64,000 nt of DNA from the NCBI GenBank assembly GCA_038852315.1, contig JAWCKF010000002.1, positions 12,840 to 76,839 of the forward strand, in the 5' to 3' direction. The DNA comes from Thermoplasmata archaeon. GTDB taxonomy: Archaea > Thermoplasmatota > Thermoplasmata > UBA10834. How positions within the stretch are numbered: the first letter of the stretch is position 1; the number at the start of each line of letters is the position of its first letter. The translations under genes were made by a program, and so were the position numbers. Below, piece after piece: positions 9,938 through 18,541 of the stretch. Under the pieces are notes generated by a model, which saw only the letters and a program-made list of their open reading frames with translations, had not been told where the DNA came from and searched no databases.

Positions 9938-9967
9938 GAAGTCAATATCGAATTGGAAGGGATAAAA

Positions 9968-10333
9968 ATGTCAGGACAAGCAGGACCGATGGCTCCGGGG
10001 CCTTATCCCGCATATCAGCCAGTATACCAACCACCGCACAGGACGATGAACGACATGATGAAGACGCTGGTCTCCGACTGGATACTGGCGCTGGGTGTCG
10101 TCGTTGGACTGTTCATAGTGTGGATCGGGGCGGTGGTGTGGGGTTCGGCCGACTCGGCGGGCGGCAGAGACTGGGGCGAGGGCCTCAAGTCCTTCGGGAT
10201 GCTGGTGTTGTCTGTCATCCTGTTCCTGGGCGCGCTCTTGAGGCACGACATCGAGAAGTGGGTTAGGGTTGCGATGGTCGCGTCTGTGACCCTGCTGATG
10301 ATCTTTGTCGGCTTCTGGGGCGGCTTCTGGTAA
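9968..10333 (+). CDS. Small integral membrane protein with a Pro/Tyr/Gln-rich N-terminus. Unknown function.
   Basis: Track ORF 9902..10333, with the start moved to ATG 9968 (MSGQAGPMAPGPYPAYQPVYQPP...). It has three or four hydrophobic helices. Confidence 0.6.
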   Translation: MSGQAGPMAPGPYPAYQPVYQPPHRTMNDMMKTLVSDWILALGVVVGLFIVWIGAVVWGSADSAGGRDWGEGLKSFGMLVLSVILFLGALLRHDIEKWVRVAMVASVTLLMIFVGFWGGFW

Positions 10334-10397
10334 GCCCGGAAGCGGATGTACCCGCATGATTGGAAGGGCCTTCGGGAGCGGACCGCAAGAAACCCAT

Positions 10398-10703
10398 TCA
10401 CTTTTTCAGATTCTTGCCCAGTTTTTGCTCGACCGACCTCACCTTTGCGTCGAGCATGTTCTTCCTGCCCCTGTGGTCATCTATTCTTATCGTAGTTATG
10501 ACCCTGGGGCAAAGCTCCATGACCCTGAGGTGGCACTTCCGTATGACTGCCATGACGGAGTCGAAGTCCCCCTCCAGGACCGTGCCCATAGGGTTGATAC
10601 GATAGTCGAGACCCGATTCATCCACGATCCTGAGGCACTCCGCCACATACTGGCTTACACTCTCCCCACTGCCGATCGGGACAACGCTGAATTCCGCGAG
10701 CAT
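10398..10703 (-). CDS. MTH1187/YkoF-family (UPF0045) thiamine-binding-like protein
   Basis: 101 aa: MLAEFSVVPIGSGESVSQYVAECLRIVDESGLDYRINPMGTVLEGDFDSVM..., which is typical of this family. Confidence 0.8.
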   Translation of the reverse strand: MLAEFSVVPIGSGESVSQYVAECLRIVDESGLDYRINPMGTVLEGDFDSVMAVIRKCHLRVMELCPRVITTIRIDDHRGRKNMLDAKVRSVEQKLGKNLKK

Positions 10704-10877
10704 AGCATCCCCTCTGAGTACACATATGTCCAGCGGCCTGATACTGGCGCCTCCCGCCTATCAAATCTGACGTGTTGAATCCAGGCTCAGGACGCGAATG
10801 TATTTATAGGCCGACTTGCTAAATGAAGTTTCCGAAGTCTTGCAAGCTTTCCGTCTGCTTGAAGGGGTCGTGTTGTT

Positions 10878-11327
10878 GTGAGGTCGAGGAAGAGCGGGGA
10901 GTCTTTGAACATAGTCACGAAGCTTAGGAAGTCGGGTCCTGAGAAGCTGGGCGACACACTGACCGTCGAGCACCTGACCAAGGCGATAAAGAACAGCATA
11001 GACAAGCAGGGCATGCCCGAGGAGGAGGCGAGGGCCATGGCCCAGCACGTGATGAACTTCTTCGGGTACAGCGAGAGGATCATAGACAACGTGCTCGAGC
11101 CCGAGGACAGGGACGCCTTCTACATGCTCGAAGATGCGGGGATACTGATGACTGAGCGCGAGGAGACCACGCTGTACGACGGCCGGGAGTGGAGGATCCA
11201 CTACTGGATGTTCAGGAAGGACAGGATCCACGAACTCATCCACGGGAAGGGTGAACGCGACCAGGAGCCAGAGGACGCTCAGAGCGTCTATGACGAGGTC
11301 CCCGAGGACATCTGGAGCAGGGAGTAG
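10878..11327 (+). CDS. Conserved-looking hypothetical protein (149 aa, GTG start)
   Basis: High GC3 and no shadow-frame character. I recognise no motifs. It sits 71 nt upstream of xpd on the same strand. Confidence 0.55.
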   Translation: MRSRKSGESLNIVTKLRKSGPEKLGDTLTVEHLTKAIKNSIDKQGMPEEEARAMAQHVMNFFGYSERIIDNVLEPEDRDAFYMLEDAGILMTEREETTLYDGREWRIHYWMFRKDRIHELIHGKGERDQEPEDAQSVYDEVPEDIWSRE

Positions 11328-11398
11328 ACGCTCGATCATTCTCACTTTCACACAGCCGAGCGAAAGCGATTTGTCGTCACGGACAGCTGATCGGTCAG

Positions 11399-13354
11399 AT
11401 GACCTCCGCATGCTTCCCCTACATCCCGAGGCCCGGCCAAGATAGACTGATGGCGCTGGTCAGGTCTGCGTGCGAGGACCGGTGTCACCTGGTCTTGGAG
11501 AGTGGCACTGGAACTGGGAAGACCGTATGCACCCTCAGCGCCTGCCTCGAGTTCTGCAGAGGTCGGGGGAAGAAGCTCCTGTACCTCACGCGTACGAACT
11601 CGCAGCAGAGGCAGGTCATGTACGAGCTTCGGCAGATATCCGAGCGCATGAAGGTCTTCGGGGTCGCGCTTCAGGGGAGGAGGAACATGTGTCCGCTCGC
11701 CAGACGCGACCCTGAGCTGTCCTCCGGCACCCCCGAGGAGCTTTCGAAGGTGTGCAGCGAGAGGAAGGCGAGGGTGCTCAAGGGCGACGAGGAGGCCTGC
11801 AGGTACTACTCCGCCACCGTCTCTGAGGATCTCGCACCCGTGATGAGGTATGCCAGAGACGAGCTGCCGACGGCCGAGGAGTTCGTCGAGTATTGTGTCG
11901 ACCGCGAACTCTGCCCCTATGAGGTGGCGAAGTTGCATGTGCCGGCTGCGGACGTCGTGACCGCCCCGTACATCATGTTCTTCGACAAGTTCATCAGGCA
12001 TGCCCTCTTGGATTGGATGGAGTGCTCCCTTCCGGACATGGTGGTCGTTGTGGACGAGGCTCACAACCTGCCCTCGTACGCGAGGGAGCTCGAGTCCGCA
12101 GACCTCAGTAACCTCACTCTAATCGCGGCGGATAAGGAGATTGACGAGTTCGGCGACCCGGAGGTTGCAGACGGCATAAGCCTCAGGGACTTCGTATCGA
12201 TGCTTCAGGAGATACTGGACGAGACGGTCGACGAGTACCTGATCGACGAGGACGGCATAATCCCGCAGTCGCACATCGAGGAGCAGCTGATGTCGCGGAC
12301 AAGGCTCACCAGCAGGGGTGTTGCGGGCCTGCTAGCTCAGGCAGCCAACTTCGGCGAGATGGTCCGCGACCAGAAGAGGCTCAAGGGCAGGCTGCCCAGA
12401 TCGTATGTGCACGCAACCGCGGCCTTCCTGACGTTCTGGAGCGCCGTCGAAGAGGGGGAGTACATAAAGCTCATCACCGAAAGTACGACACGGGCGTTCG
12501 AGGTCTACTGCCTGGACGCATCCAAGGCCTGCGCTCCCCTGCTCGAGTGCCACACGAGCGTTCACATGTCCGGGACGCTCAGACCGCTCGAGGACTACAG
12601 GCAGTCTATCGGACTGCCTAAGGACGCGCGCCTCGCGGAGGTCCCATCGCCGTTCCCGCCAGAGAACAGGCTGGTCCTGTACGTCGACGACGTAACGACG
12701 AGGTATGAGGAGCTTGAGCGTGACGAGGAGATGGTCGAAAGGATTGCCGAGCGCATATCTGACATGCTGTCGGGCGTTTGCAGGAGCACCATAATCTTCT
12801 ACCCCTCGTACGCTCTGATGGAGCGTATATCGTCGAGGACGGTGCGCGCCTCCGCGGGGAGGACCGTGTTCTATGAGCAGCGGGAGATGGATCAGGGTGA
12901 CCTCATGAGGGTCGTCCGCGACTTCAAGCTGCAGCCGGGCGACGCTGTCCTGCACGCTATCGCCGGCGGGAGGGTGAGCGAGGGCATGGACTTCCCTGGG
13001 GCTGAGCTGGAGCTGGCAATCATCGCAGGGATACCCTATCCCAAGCCGACCGCCAAGCAGAGAGCGCTCCAACACTTCTGTGAGCTGAGGTTCGGGGACG
13101 GATGGGAGCATGCCGTGAAGGCTCCGACCGCGAGGAAGCTCCTGCAGTCCATAGGTCGGCTGATCAGGAGCGAGACGGACAGAGGTGTCGCCGTCGTGCT
13201 GGACAGGCGTGCGGTGCAGTTCAAGGACACGCTCGGCGCGACGCGCTCCGAGGACCCTGTGGAGGACATCAAGCAATTCTTCGAGCGAGCAGCAGACGCA
13301 GCGCAGGTCGCTCGCGCCGGACGGCTGACCGAGCGGCGCGGATTACAGCTTTGA
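11399..13354 (+). CDS. xpd: XPD/Rad3-family 5'-3' DNA helicase (FeS helicase)
   Basis: Walker A LESGTGTGKT, DEAH box VVVVDEAHNL, and four Cys in the FeS-domain region (NMCPL...KVCSE...EACRYY...ELCPYE). Confidence 0.9.
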   Translation: MTSACFPYIPRPGQDRLMALVRSACEDRCHLVLESGTGTGKTVCTLSACLEFCRGRGKKLLYLTRTNSQQRQVMYELRQISERMKVFGVALQGRRNMCPLARRDPELSSGTPEELSKVCSERKARVLKGDEEACRYYSATVSEDLAPVMRYARDELPTAEEFVEYCVDRELCPYEVAKLHVPAADVVTAPYIMFFDKFIRHALLDWMECSLPDMVVVVDEAHNLPSYARELESADLSNLTLIAADKEIDEFGDPEVADGISLRDFVSMLQEILDETVDEYLIDEDGIIPQSHIEEQLMSRTRLTSRGVAGLLAQAANFGEMVRDQKRLKGRLPRSYVHATAAFLTFWSAVEEGEYIKLITESTTRAFEVYCLDASKACAPLLECHTSVHMSGTLRPLEDYRQSIGLPKDARLAEVPSPFPPENRLVLYVDDVTTRYEELERDEEMVERIAERISDMLSGVCRSTIIFYPSYALMERISSRTVRASAGRTVFYEQREMDQGDLMRVVRDFKLQPGDAVLHAIAGGRVSEGMDFPGAELELAIIAGIPYPKPTAKQRALQHFCELRFGDGWEHAVKAPTARKLLQSIGRLIRSETDRGVAVVLDRRAVQFKDTLGATRSEDPVEDIKQFFERAADAAQVARAGRLTERRGLQL

Positions 13355-13397
13355 CCCGGCGCTTGCATTATAACACCCCTGCACGATACGCGGGAGG

Positions 13398-13961
13398 ATG
13401 TCCGTCGCAGAGACTGTGCTGGCTGGTCTGTGGCTAATGTTGCCCGCGCTCGTGCCGAACTCCGCAGCCGTGCTCTGGGGCGGCGGCACGCCCATGGACT
13501 TCGGCAGGAGCTGGCGGGGGAGGCGTATCCTCGGCGACGGCAAGACGTGGAGGGGGTTCTTCGGCGGCTCGCTGACCGGCGCACTGGTCGGCATCATCAT
13601 CCTGAGCCTCAGCGAGGTGCTGGGGGCGCAGTCCACATGGGGCTACGGCGGTTGGCCCGAGTCGCTCGTAACGCCCTTCGCGCTCGCGTTTGGGTCGCTA
13701 TCGGGCGATGCGGTCGGCTCCTTCGTCAAGAGAAGGCTGGGTGTGGAGAGGGGGGCGAGGGCGCCTGTCCTGGATCAGTACAACTTCGTTGTCGGTGCGG
13801 TCCTGCTCGCGCTCCTTACACGCCCTGGCTGGTTCTTTCAGCACTATGTGACTGGGCACGGGTGGGTGGCGCTGCTGGTGTTCCTGGCGATCGTGCCGCT
13901 ACTCCACAGGGGAGTGAACATCATAGGTTATAAGATGGGAAAGAAAGATGTGCCGTGGTAG
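13398..13961 (+). CDS. carS: CDP-archaeol synthase
   Basis: 187 aa membrane protein. The DUF46/CarS signature is present (PNSAAVLWGGGTPMDFG...ILGDGKTWRGFFGG...GDAVGSFVKRRLG). Confidence 0.85.
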   Translation: MSVAETVLAGLWLMLPALVPNSAAVLWGGGTPMDFGRSWRGRRILGDGKTWRGFFGGSLTGALVGIIILSLSEVLGAQSTWGYGGWPESLVTPFALAFGSLSGDAVGSFVKRRLGVERGARAPVLDQYNFVVGAVLLALLTRPGWFFQHYVTGHGWVALLVFLAIVPLLHRGVNIIGYKMGKKDVPW

Positions 13962-13986
13962 GGGGGCAAGTGCGGTGCTGAAGCAG

Positions 13987-14475
13987 ATGCTGAAGGACGC
14001 AAAGGTAGTCCAGACTGGGGATTTCGTCCTCGCGTCGGGGAGAAGGAGTAACTACTTCGTCAACATCAAGCGGGCCAGCACTGACCCGCGGATACTTCGC
14101 GAGATAGCGAAGGAGATGGCCCCGCACATCGACGATGCCAAGATAGCCGGAATGGCGCTCGGTGCGGTGCCGCTGGCCGTGGCGGTCGCGTTGGAGACCA
14201 ACAGGCCGTTCGTAATGGTGAGGAAGGAACCCAAGGACCACGGAACGAAAGAACTCATCGAGGGCGAGGTCAATCCCGGGGAAAGATTCGTCATAGTCGA
14301 GGACGTCGCAACGACGGGGGGCTCCACGCTGAAGGTGGTCAACGCCCTCCGCGAGAAGGGGGCGAACGTGTCCAAGGCCGTGGTCGTGGTGGACCGCGAA
14401 GAGGGCGCAAGCGAGATGCTGAGGGAACACGGCATCGAGCTCGTCTCAATCTTCAAGGCCAAGGATCTGGTATGA
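13987..14475 (+). CDS. pyrE: Orotate phosphoribosyltransferase
   Basis: The PRPP-binding loop is VIVEDVATTGGS and the N-terminus reads GDFVLASGRRSNYFVNIK. The start is ambiguous (ATG 13987, GTG 13975 or ATG 13948). Confidence 0.9.
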   Translation: MLKDAKVVQTGDFVLASGRRSNYFVNIKRASTDPRILREIAKEMAPHIDDAKIAGMALGAVPLAVAVALETNRPFVMVRKEPKDHGTKELIEGEVNPGERFVIVEDVATTGGSTLKVVNALREKGANVSKAVVVVDREEGASEMLREHGIELVSIFKAKDLV

Positions 14476-15044
14476 CGCCAGAGGTCGTTGACCTTTCGTG
14501 CACCAGGTGTAGGCTCAGCCGAAGCAGGAAGCAGGTCGTCCCTGGGAAGGGCTCCTGGAGAACGAGCTTGGTCCTCGTGGGCGAGGCCCCTGGTAGCGAG
14601 GAGGATCGGAGGGGAGAGCCGTTTGTGGGCCGCGCCGGCAAGCTGCTGGACGAGACGCTCGCCGACGGGGGTGCGAGCCGACAGGATGTTTTTATCGCAA
14701 ACCTAGTGAAGTGCAGGCCTCCGGGCAACAGAAGGCCGAGGAAGGATGAGATCGAGGCCTGCGCACGCTTCCTTCAGGCGGAGCTGCAGCGCATCAGGCC
14801 GAAGGTCATATGTGCGATGGGCCAGACTGTCGCGGCCGCGCTCATCGGATGCAACGGGAGGATGAGCTCGTTGGTTGGGAGGGTCTTCGACGCTGAGGTG
14901 CATGGGGTGCGGGCCAAGGTGGTCATCTCGTACCATCCTGCTGCGTGCCTCTACCAGAGAAAGAACCTCTCGGCGTTCAGGGAGGCCATAAGGACGAGCC
15001 TACATGAGGCTGGCCTCGGGAAGCGCGCGTCGAAACCGCATTGA
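14472..15044 (+). CDS. udg: Family 4 uracil-DNA glycosylase
   Basis: Motifs GEAPGSEED, FVGRAGKLL and a C-terminal HPAA. The Cys ligands are typical of the FeS family-4 UDG. There is a 4-nt ATGA overlap with pyrE. Confidence 0.85.
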   Translation: MTPEVVDLSCTRCRLSRSRKQVVPGKGSWRTSLVLVGEAPGSEEDRRGEPFVGRAGKLLDETLADGGASRQDVFIANLVKCRPPGNRRPRKDEIEACARFLQAELQRIRPKVICAMGQTVAAALIGCNGRMSSLVGRVFDAEVHGVRAKVVISYHPAACLYQRKNLSAFREAIRTSLHEAGLGKRASKPH

Positions 15045-15082
15045 AATGTTATTGTACTCCCCAGGCTGTATCTCGTCCTGTG

Positions 15083-16951
15083 ATGAGCGTAGCCCGTGTC
15101 GCCGCGATCATCCTCACCCTGGCGCTTGCAGTGCATCCGGTCTTCCGGACGGTTGCTGTGGCCCAGAGCGCGGCAGCCGGAAGTTGGACAATAATGGTTT
15201 ACATGGCGGACGATTTCGAGATGCCTCTCAACTGGCAGGACGACGTCAACGAGATGGAGGCGGCCGTGCAGAGGGCTGGGACAACCATCATCGCACTCGT
15301 GGACGACTACGGGCCTGACAACACTGTGCTCTTGAAGGTGGAGCACGACCCCAACTTCCTCGACCCGACCATCGTCTCCACCTACATTGACCAGAAGGGG
15401 GCCATTTACCCTGGCTCTGAGGCTGACATGGCCAGCGCTGACACACTCAGGGCTTTCATCGAGTTCGCCGCTGGCAAGTACCCGGCCGAGAGGTATGCGC
15501 TGGTGCTCTGGGGCCATGGAGCCGGCTGGCCGGGCGTGTGCCCTGACGGACGCGACCTACTGAACCTCACCGAGCTGAAATCGGCGCTGGACGGAGCCGT
15601 GATTGCTGTAGGAAGCGTTGTGGATCTGCTTGTGGTCGATTCGTGCGCCCTGGCAACGGTGGAGCTTCTCGCCCAACGTCTCCCTGTGAACGTCGTAGTC
15701 GCCTCCGAGAAGGACGTCCCCTACGCAGGGCTTCCCTACACGCTCGTGCTTGACAGGCTCGCGACAAACCCCGACATGACGCCAGCTGAGTTCGGCAGGG
15801 AGATCGCGGACACTTATGTCTCGTGGTCAATGACCAACACAGATTACTCGACCACAATGGCCGTTCTGGAAGGCAGGGGTTTTGCACTAACCCGTCTGCT
15901 AGACCAACTGACAAACATCTCGGAGCTTGGCAAGGCCCTTGATCCAGCATATCACTCAGAGCTCGTACAAGCTCTCGAGTCTGCCGAGGAGTACGAGAGG
16001 CCTTATAGTGTGGACTTCGGGGACTACATGAGAAAGATAATGGCGGCCGACGTGCCCCTCGAGCTGAAGTATGCCGCTTATCGCGCCCTGATTGCGCTCG
16101 ATGAAGTCGTCATCCACTTCGCGAGGTACGACAACCCGTACGCATCGGACGGCGTAAGGGCCACAAACGCAAGTGGCCTCGCAATCTACGCCGTCAGCTC
16201 AGCCCCTTACGAGTCCGAGTACTTCACGCTCGGGATATGCGAAACCCGCTGGGAAGCATTCGCAGTCGAACTCAGGAACGCAACCTACCAGATTCCCCTC
16301 GGGCCTGGACCAAACATCCAGATCTCCGAGGGCGAAGGAGGTAACCAGATCGCAACTGTCTCGTGGGGGCCAGGATTCGACAAGGTGCGCATCTGGGTAT
16401 TCCAGTCGACGCCCGAAGGGCTGTCGTATGTCGGAACAGAAGAGAGCACGACGGGGACCGTCATCATCGATGGTTATCTCGGCCACCTGACACTCTCTGC
16501 AGCTGCCTTCCTGGGAGGGATCGTGAGGGCGCACTCCACGCATGACGTTACGCTCATCGGGAGCGTGTTGGTGGAGATCGAAGTCAGGTTGGGTGGCGAA
16601 AGGATATCCAGCGGGGTCGATGTGAAACTGCTCTTGAACAATGGCAGCGTCGCGGCCGCCCGAGACAGCGGCGGGCTGTTCTCCGCCCGGGTGATCGTGC
16701 CGACCGAGGCCTATGTAGGGGAGCTGGTGATGATAGAGGTACGCGACAGCAGGACGCACGAACTGCTGGGTGAAGGCATGGTCCGCATCACCTCACGGAG
16801 CACATCAGTATCGGTCGAACTCTTGAAGTCGCCAGAGGGCTGGGGACCCACACTGGCCGGGCTCGCGTTCGCGCTCCTCCCCTCGCTGCTGATCCTGGTG
16901 TTCGCGGTCCTGCTTCACCGGGAGCGCAGACGAGGCTCAGGGAGCGGCTAA
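15083..16951 (+). CDS. Secreted clostripain-like (peptidase C11) cysteine protease with a C-terminal membrane anchor
   Basis: Signal peptide MSVARVAAIILTLALAV. The His/Cys dyad contexts are VLWGHGAGW and LLVVDSCAL. The C-terminal TM is LAFALLPSLLILVFAVLL, followed by HRERRRG. Confidence 0.7.
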   Translation: MSVARVAAIILTLALAVHPVFRTVAVAQSAAAGSWTIMVYMADDFEMPLNWQDDVNEMEAAVQRAGTTIIALVDDYGPDNTVLLKVEHDPNFLDPTIVSTYIDQKGAIYPGSEADMASADTLRAFIEFAAGKYPAERYALVLWGHGAGWPGVCPDGRDLLNLTELKSALDGAVIAVGSVVDLLVVDSCALATVELLAQRLPVNVVVASEKDVPYAGLPYTLVLDRLATNPDMTPAEFGREIADTYVSWSMTNTDYSTTMAVLEGRGFALTRLLDQLTNISELGKALDPAYHSELVQALESAEEYERPYSVDFGDYMRKIMAADVPLELKYAAYRALIALDEVVIHFARYDNPYASDGVRATNASGLAIYAVSSAPYESEYFTLGICETRWEAFAVELRNATYQIPLGPGPNIQISEGEGGNQIATVSWGPGFDKVRIWVFQSTPEGLSYVGTEESTTGTVIIDGYLGHLTLSAAAFLGGIVRAHSTHDVTLIGSVLVEIEVRLGGERISSGVDVKLLLNNGSVAAARDSGGLFSARVIVPTEAYVGELVMIEVRDSRTHELLGEGMVRITSRSTSVSVELLKSPEGWGPTLAGLAFALLPSLLILVFAVLLHRERRRGSGSG

Positions 16952-16963
16952 CACCCGCGACAC

Positions 16964-17647
16964 TCAGAACCTCTTCTTGAAGAGGTACTTCAGGTTGCTC
17001 CAGCCGTCTTTCCAGCTCTGCAGCTTGACCTCTCCCACGCGCACGCGGTAGGTTATGGGGACCTCCTTGGCTTTCAGCTTCTTGAACGCCTCGATCTTCA
17101 GCTCCTCGGAGAAGGCCATGCCGTCGCTCCTGACATCCAGCTGCTCGAGACACGACCTCCTGAAGACCCACATGCCGCTTTGGGAATCTTTGAGGCGGAC
17201 CCTGAACAGGATCCTCGCGGTGGCCGAGAGCACCCAGTTCCCGAACCTGTGCTTCGCCCCCATCGCACCTTTCTCCATACGGGCGAACCTGTTGGTCGTG
17301 ATGAAGTCCAGCTGCTCCCGCTCGAGCATGTCGACCAGCGCAGGTATGTCGCTTGCGGGGTACGTCATGTCGGCGTCGAGGGTGGCGACGAACTCCCCCG
17401 TCGCTCTCTCGAACCCCGTCTTGTAGGCGCGACCATAACCCCTCCTCGGCTCCTCGACCACGATGGCGCCCTTCTCTCTGGCTATCTCCCGCGTCCTGTC
17501 ATGGGAGTCGGTGTCGACCACGATCACCTCGAAAGGCCTCGAATCGCCAAGAGCAGACCTCACCTCGTCGATGACGAGGCCTATGCTCTTCTCCTCGTTC
17601 ATCGTAGGTATCACCACCGAGAGCTTCCCCTTCTCCACGCAGGTCAC
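16964..17647 (-). CDS. GT2 glycosyltransferase (dolichyl-phosphate sugar synthase-like)
   Basis: Track ORF 16964..18004 is over-extended. The true start is GTG 17647, in a GTGA overlap with the stop of the upstream GT2. The N-terminus reads (M)TCVEKGKLSVVIPTMNEEKSI and a DAD motif lies in ATLDADMTYP. Confidence 0.8.
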   Translation of the reverse strand: MTCVEKGKLSVVIPTMNEEKSIGLVIDEVRSALGDSRPFEVIVVDTDSHDRTREIAREKGAIVVEEPRRGYGRAYKTGFERATGEFVATLDADMTYPASDIPALVDMLEREQLDFITTNRFARMEKGAMGAKHRFGNWVLSATARILFRVRLKDSQSGMWVFRRSCLEQLDVRSDGMAFSEELKIEAFKKLKAKEVPITYRVRVGEVKLQSWKDGWSNLKYLFKKRF

Positions 17648-18477
17648 CTGCCCGGAAACAGCAGCCTGAAACGTCTGTGCCTGGGGCCCTCGGGAGCCTT
17701 GTACGGCGACTTCTCGAAGAACTTGCAGCAGAGGTAGCCGAGCAGCGCGAACGCCAGCCTGACCACGGCCCAGAAAGACCTTGTGTTCTCGAGCAGCTTT
17801 TGAGGCTTGTAGCTGGACCACAGATACCCGTGCTTCATCGTGAGCTGCTTTCTCCCCCAGCCGTTCCAAAAGGCCTGCTTGAGGAAGGCCCGGAAGCTGC
17901 CCTTGGTCCTGTGATAGACTATCGCATTTGGATTGTATGTGAGCCTGAAACCCTTCGACACGGCTCTGAAGTTGATGTCGATGTCCTCTGCTGTGACGAA
18001 CCACGGGTCGAACCCGACGACGGCTTCGAGCACCTCCCGCCTCCAGGCCATGCTCGCGCTCGGATGAGAGATGTCCACGCCCCTGTGGTAGAGCTCCACA
18101 CGCTCGAGATCCTCGAAAGCGTGGTAGCCTATGTTTATCGTCCTGCCCGCGACTATGTCGTAGTCCTTGAGCGACTTCCTGAGCTCGCGGAGCCAGAACG
18201 GGTTTGCTATGCAGTCGCCGCCTATGGTCGCGATGGCCTCGCCCGTCGCCTTCGAGATGCCGTAGTTGGTGCTCTCGCCCCTGCTCCCAGGGTGGTGGAA
18301 GAGTCGTATCTCTGGATGGTCCTTCATATACTCCTTTACCGCCTCGACCGTGCCGTCCCAGCTCCCGGCATCGACCACCACTATCTCGAAGGGCGGCTCT
18401 TGCGTTACTAGGCTGTCCAGAAGATCCCTGATGTGCCTCTTCTCGTTCAGCAGATTCAGGACGATGCTTATCTTCAT
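17644..18477 (-). CDS. GT2 glycosyltransferase
   Basis: The start is at MKISIVLNLLNEKRHI (ATG 18477). It has a VVVDAGSWDGT motif and a C-terminal hydrophobic segment. Confidence 0.8.
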   Translation of the reverse strand: MKISIVLNLLNEKRHIRDLLDSLVTQEPPFEIVVVDAGSWDGTVEAVKEYMKDHPEIRLFHHPGSRGESTNYGISKATGEAIATIGGDCIANPFWLRELRKSLKDYDIVAGRTINIGYHAFEDLERVELYHRGVDISHPSASMAWRREVLEAVVGFDPWFVTAEDIDINFRAVSKGFRLTYNPNAIVYHRTKGSFRAFLKQAFWNGWGRKQLTMKHGYLWSSYKPQKLLENTRSFWAVVRLAFALLGYLCCKFFEKSPYKAPEGPRHRRFRLLFPGR

Positions 18478-18541
18478 GTGCCGACGCCTTCCGAAGTTCC
18501 TAGCCACATATTATGGTTTCCTGGGAGCTTGACACAACCAG

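Noticed and set aside
11348-12064. A 238-aa ORF antisense to the 5' part of xpd, and 12332..13276 - (314 aa) antisense to its 3' part.
   Set aside because: The XPD frame has Walker A, DEAH and FeS-Cys motifs. The antisense products are Arg/Leu/Pro-rich shadows.
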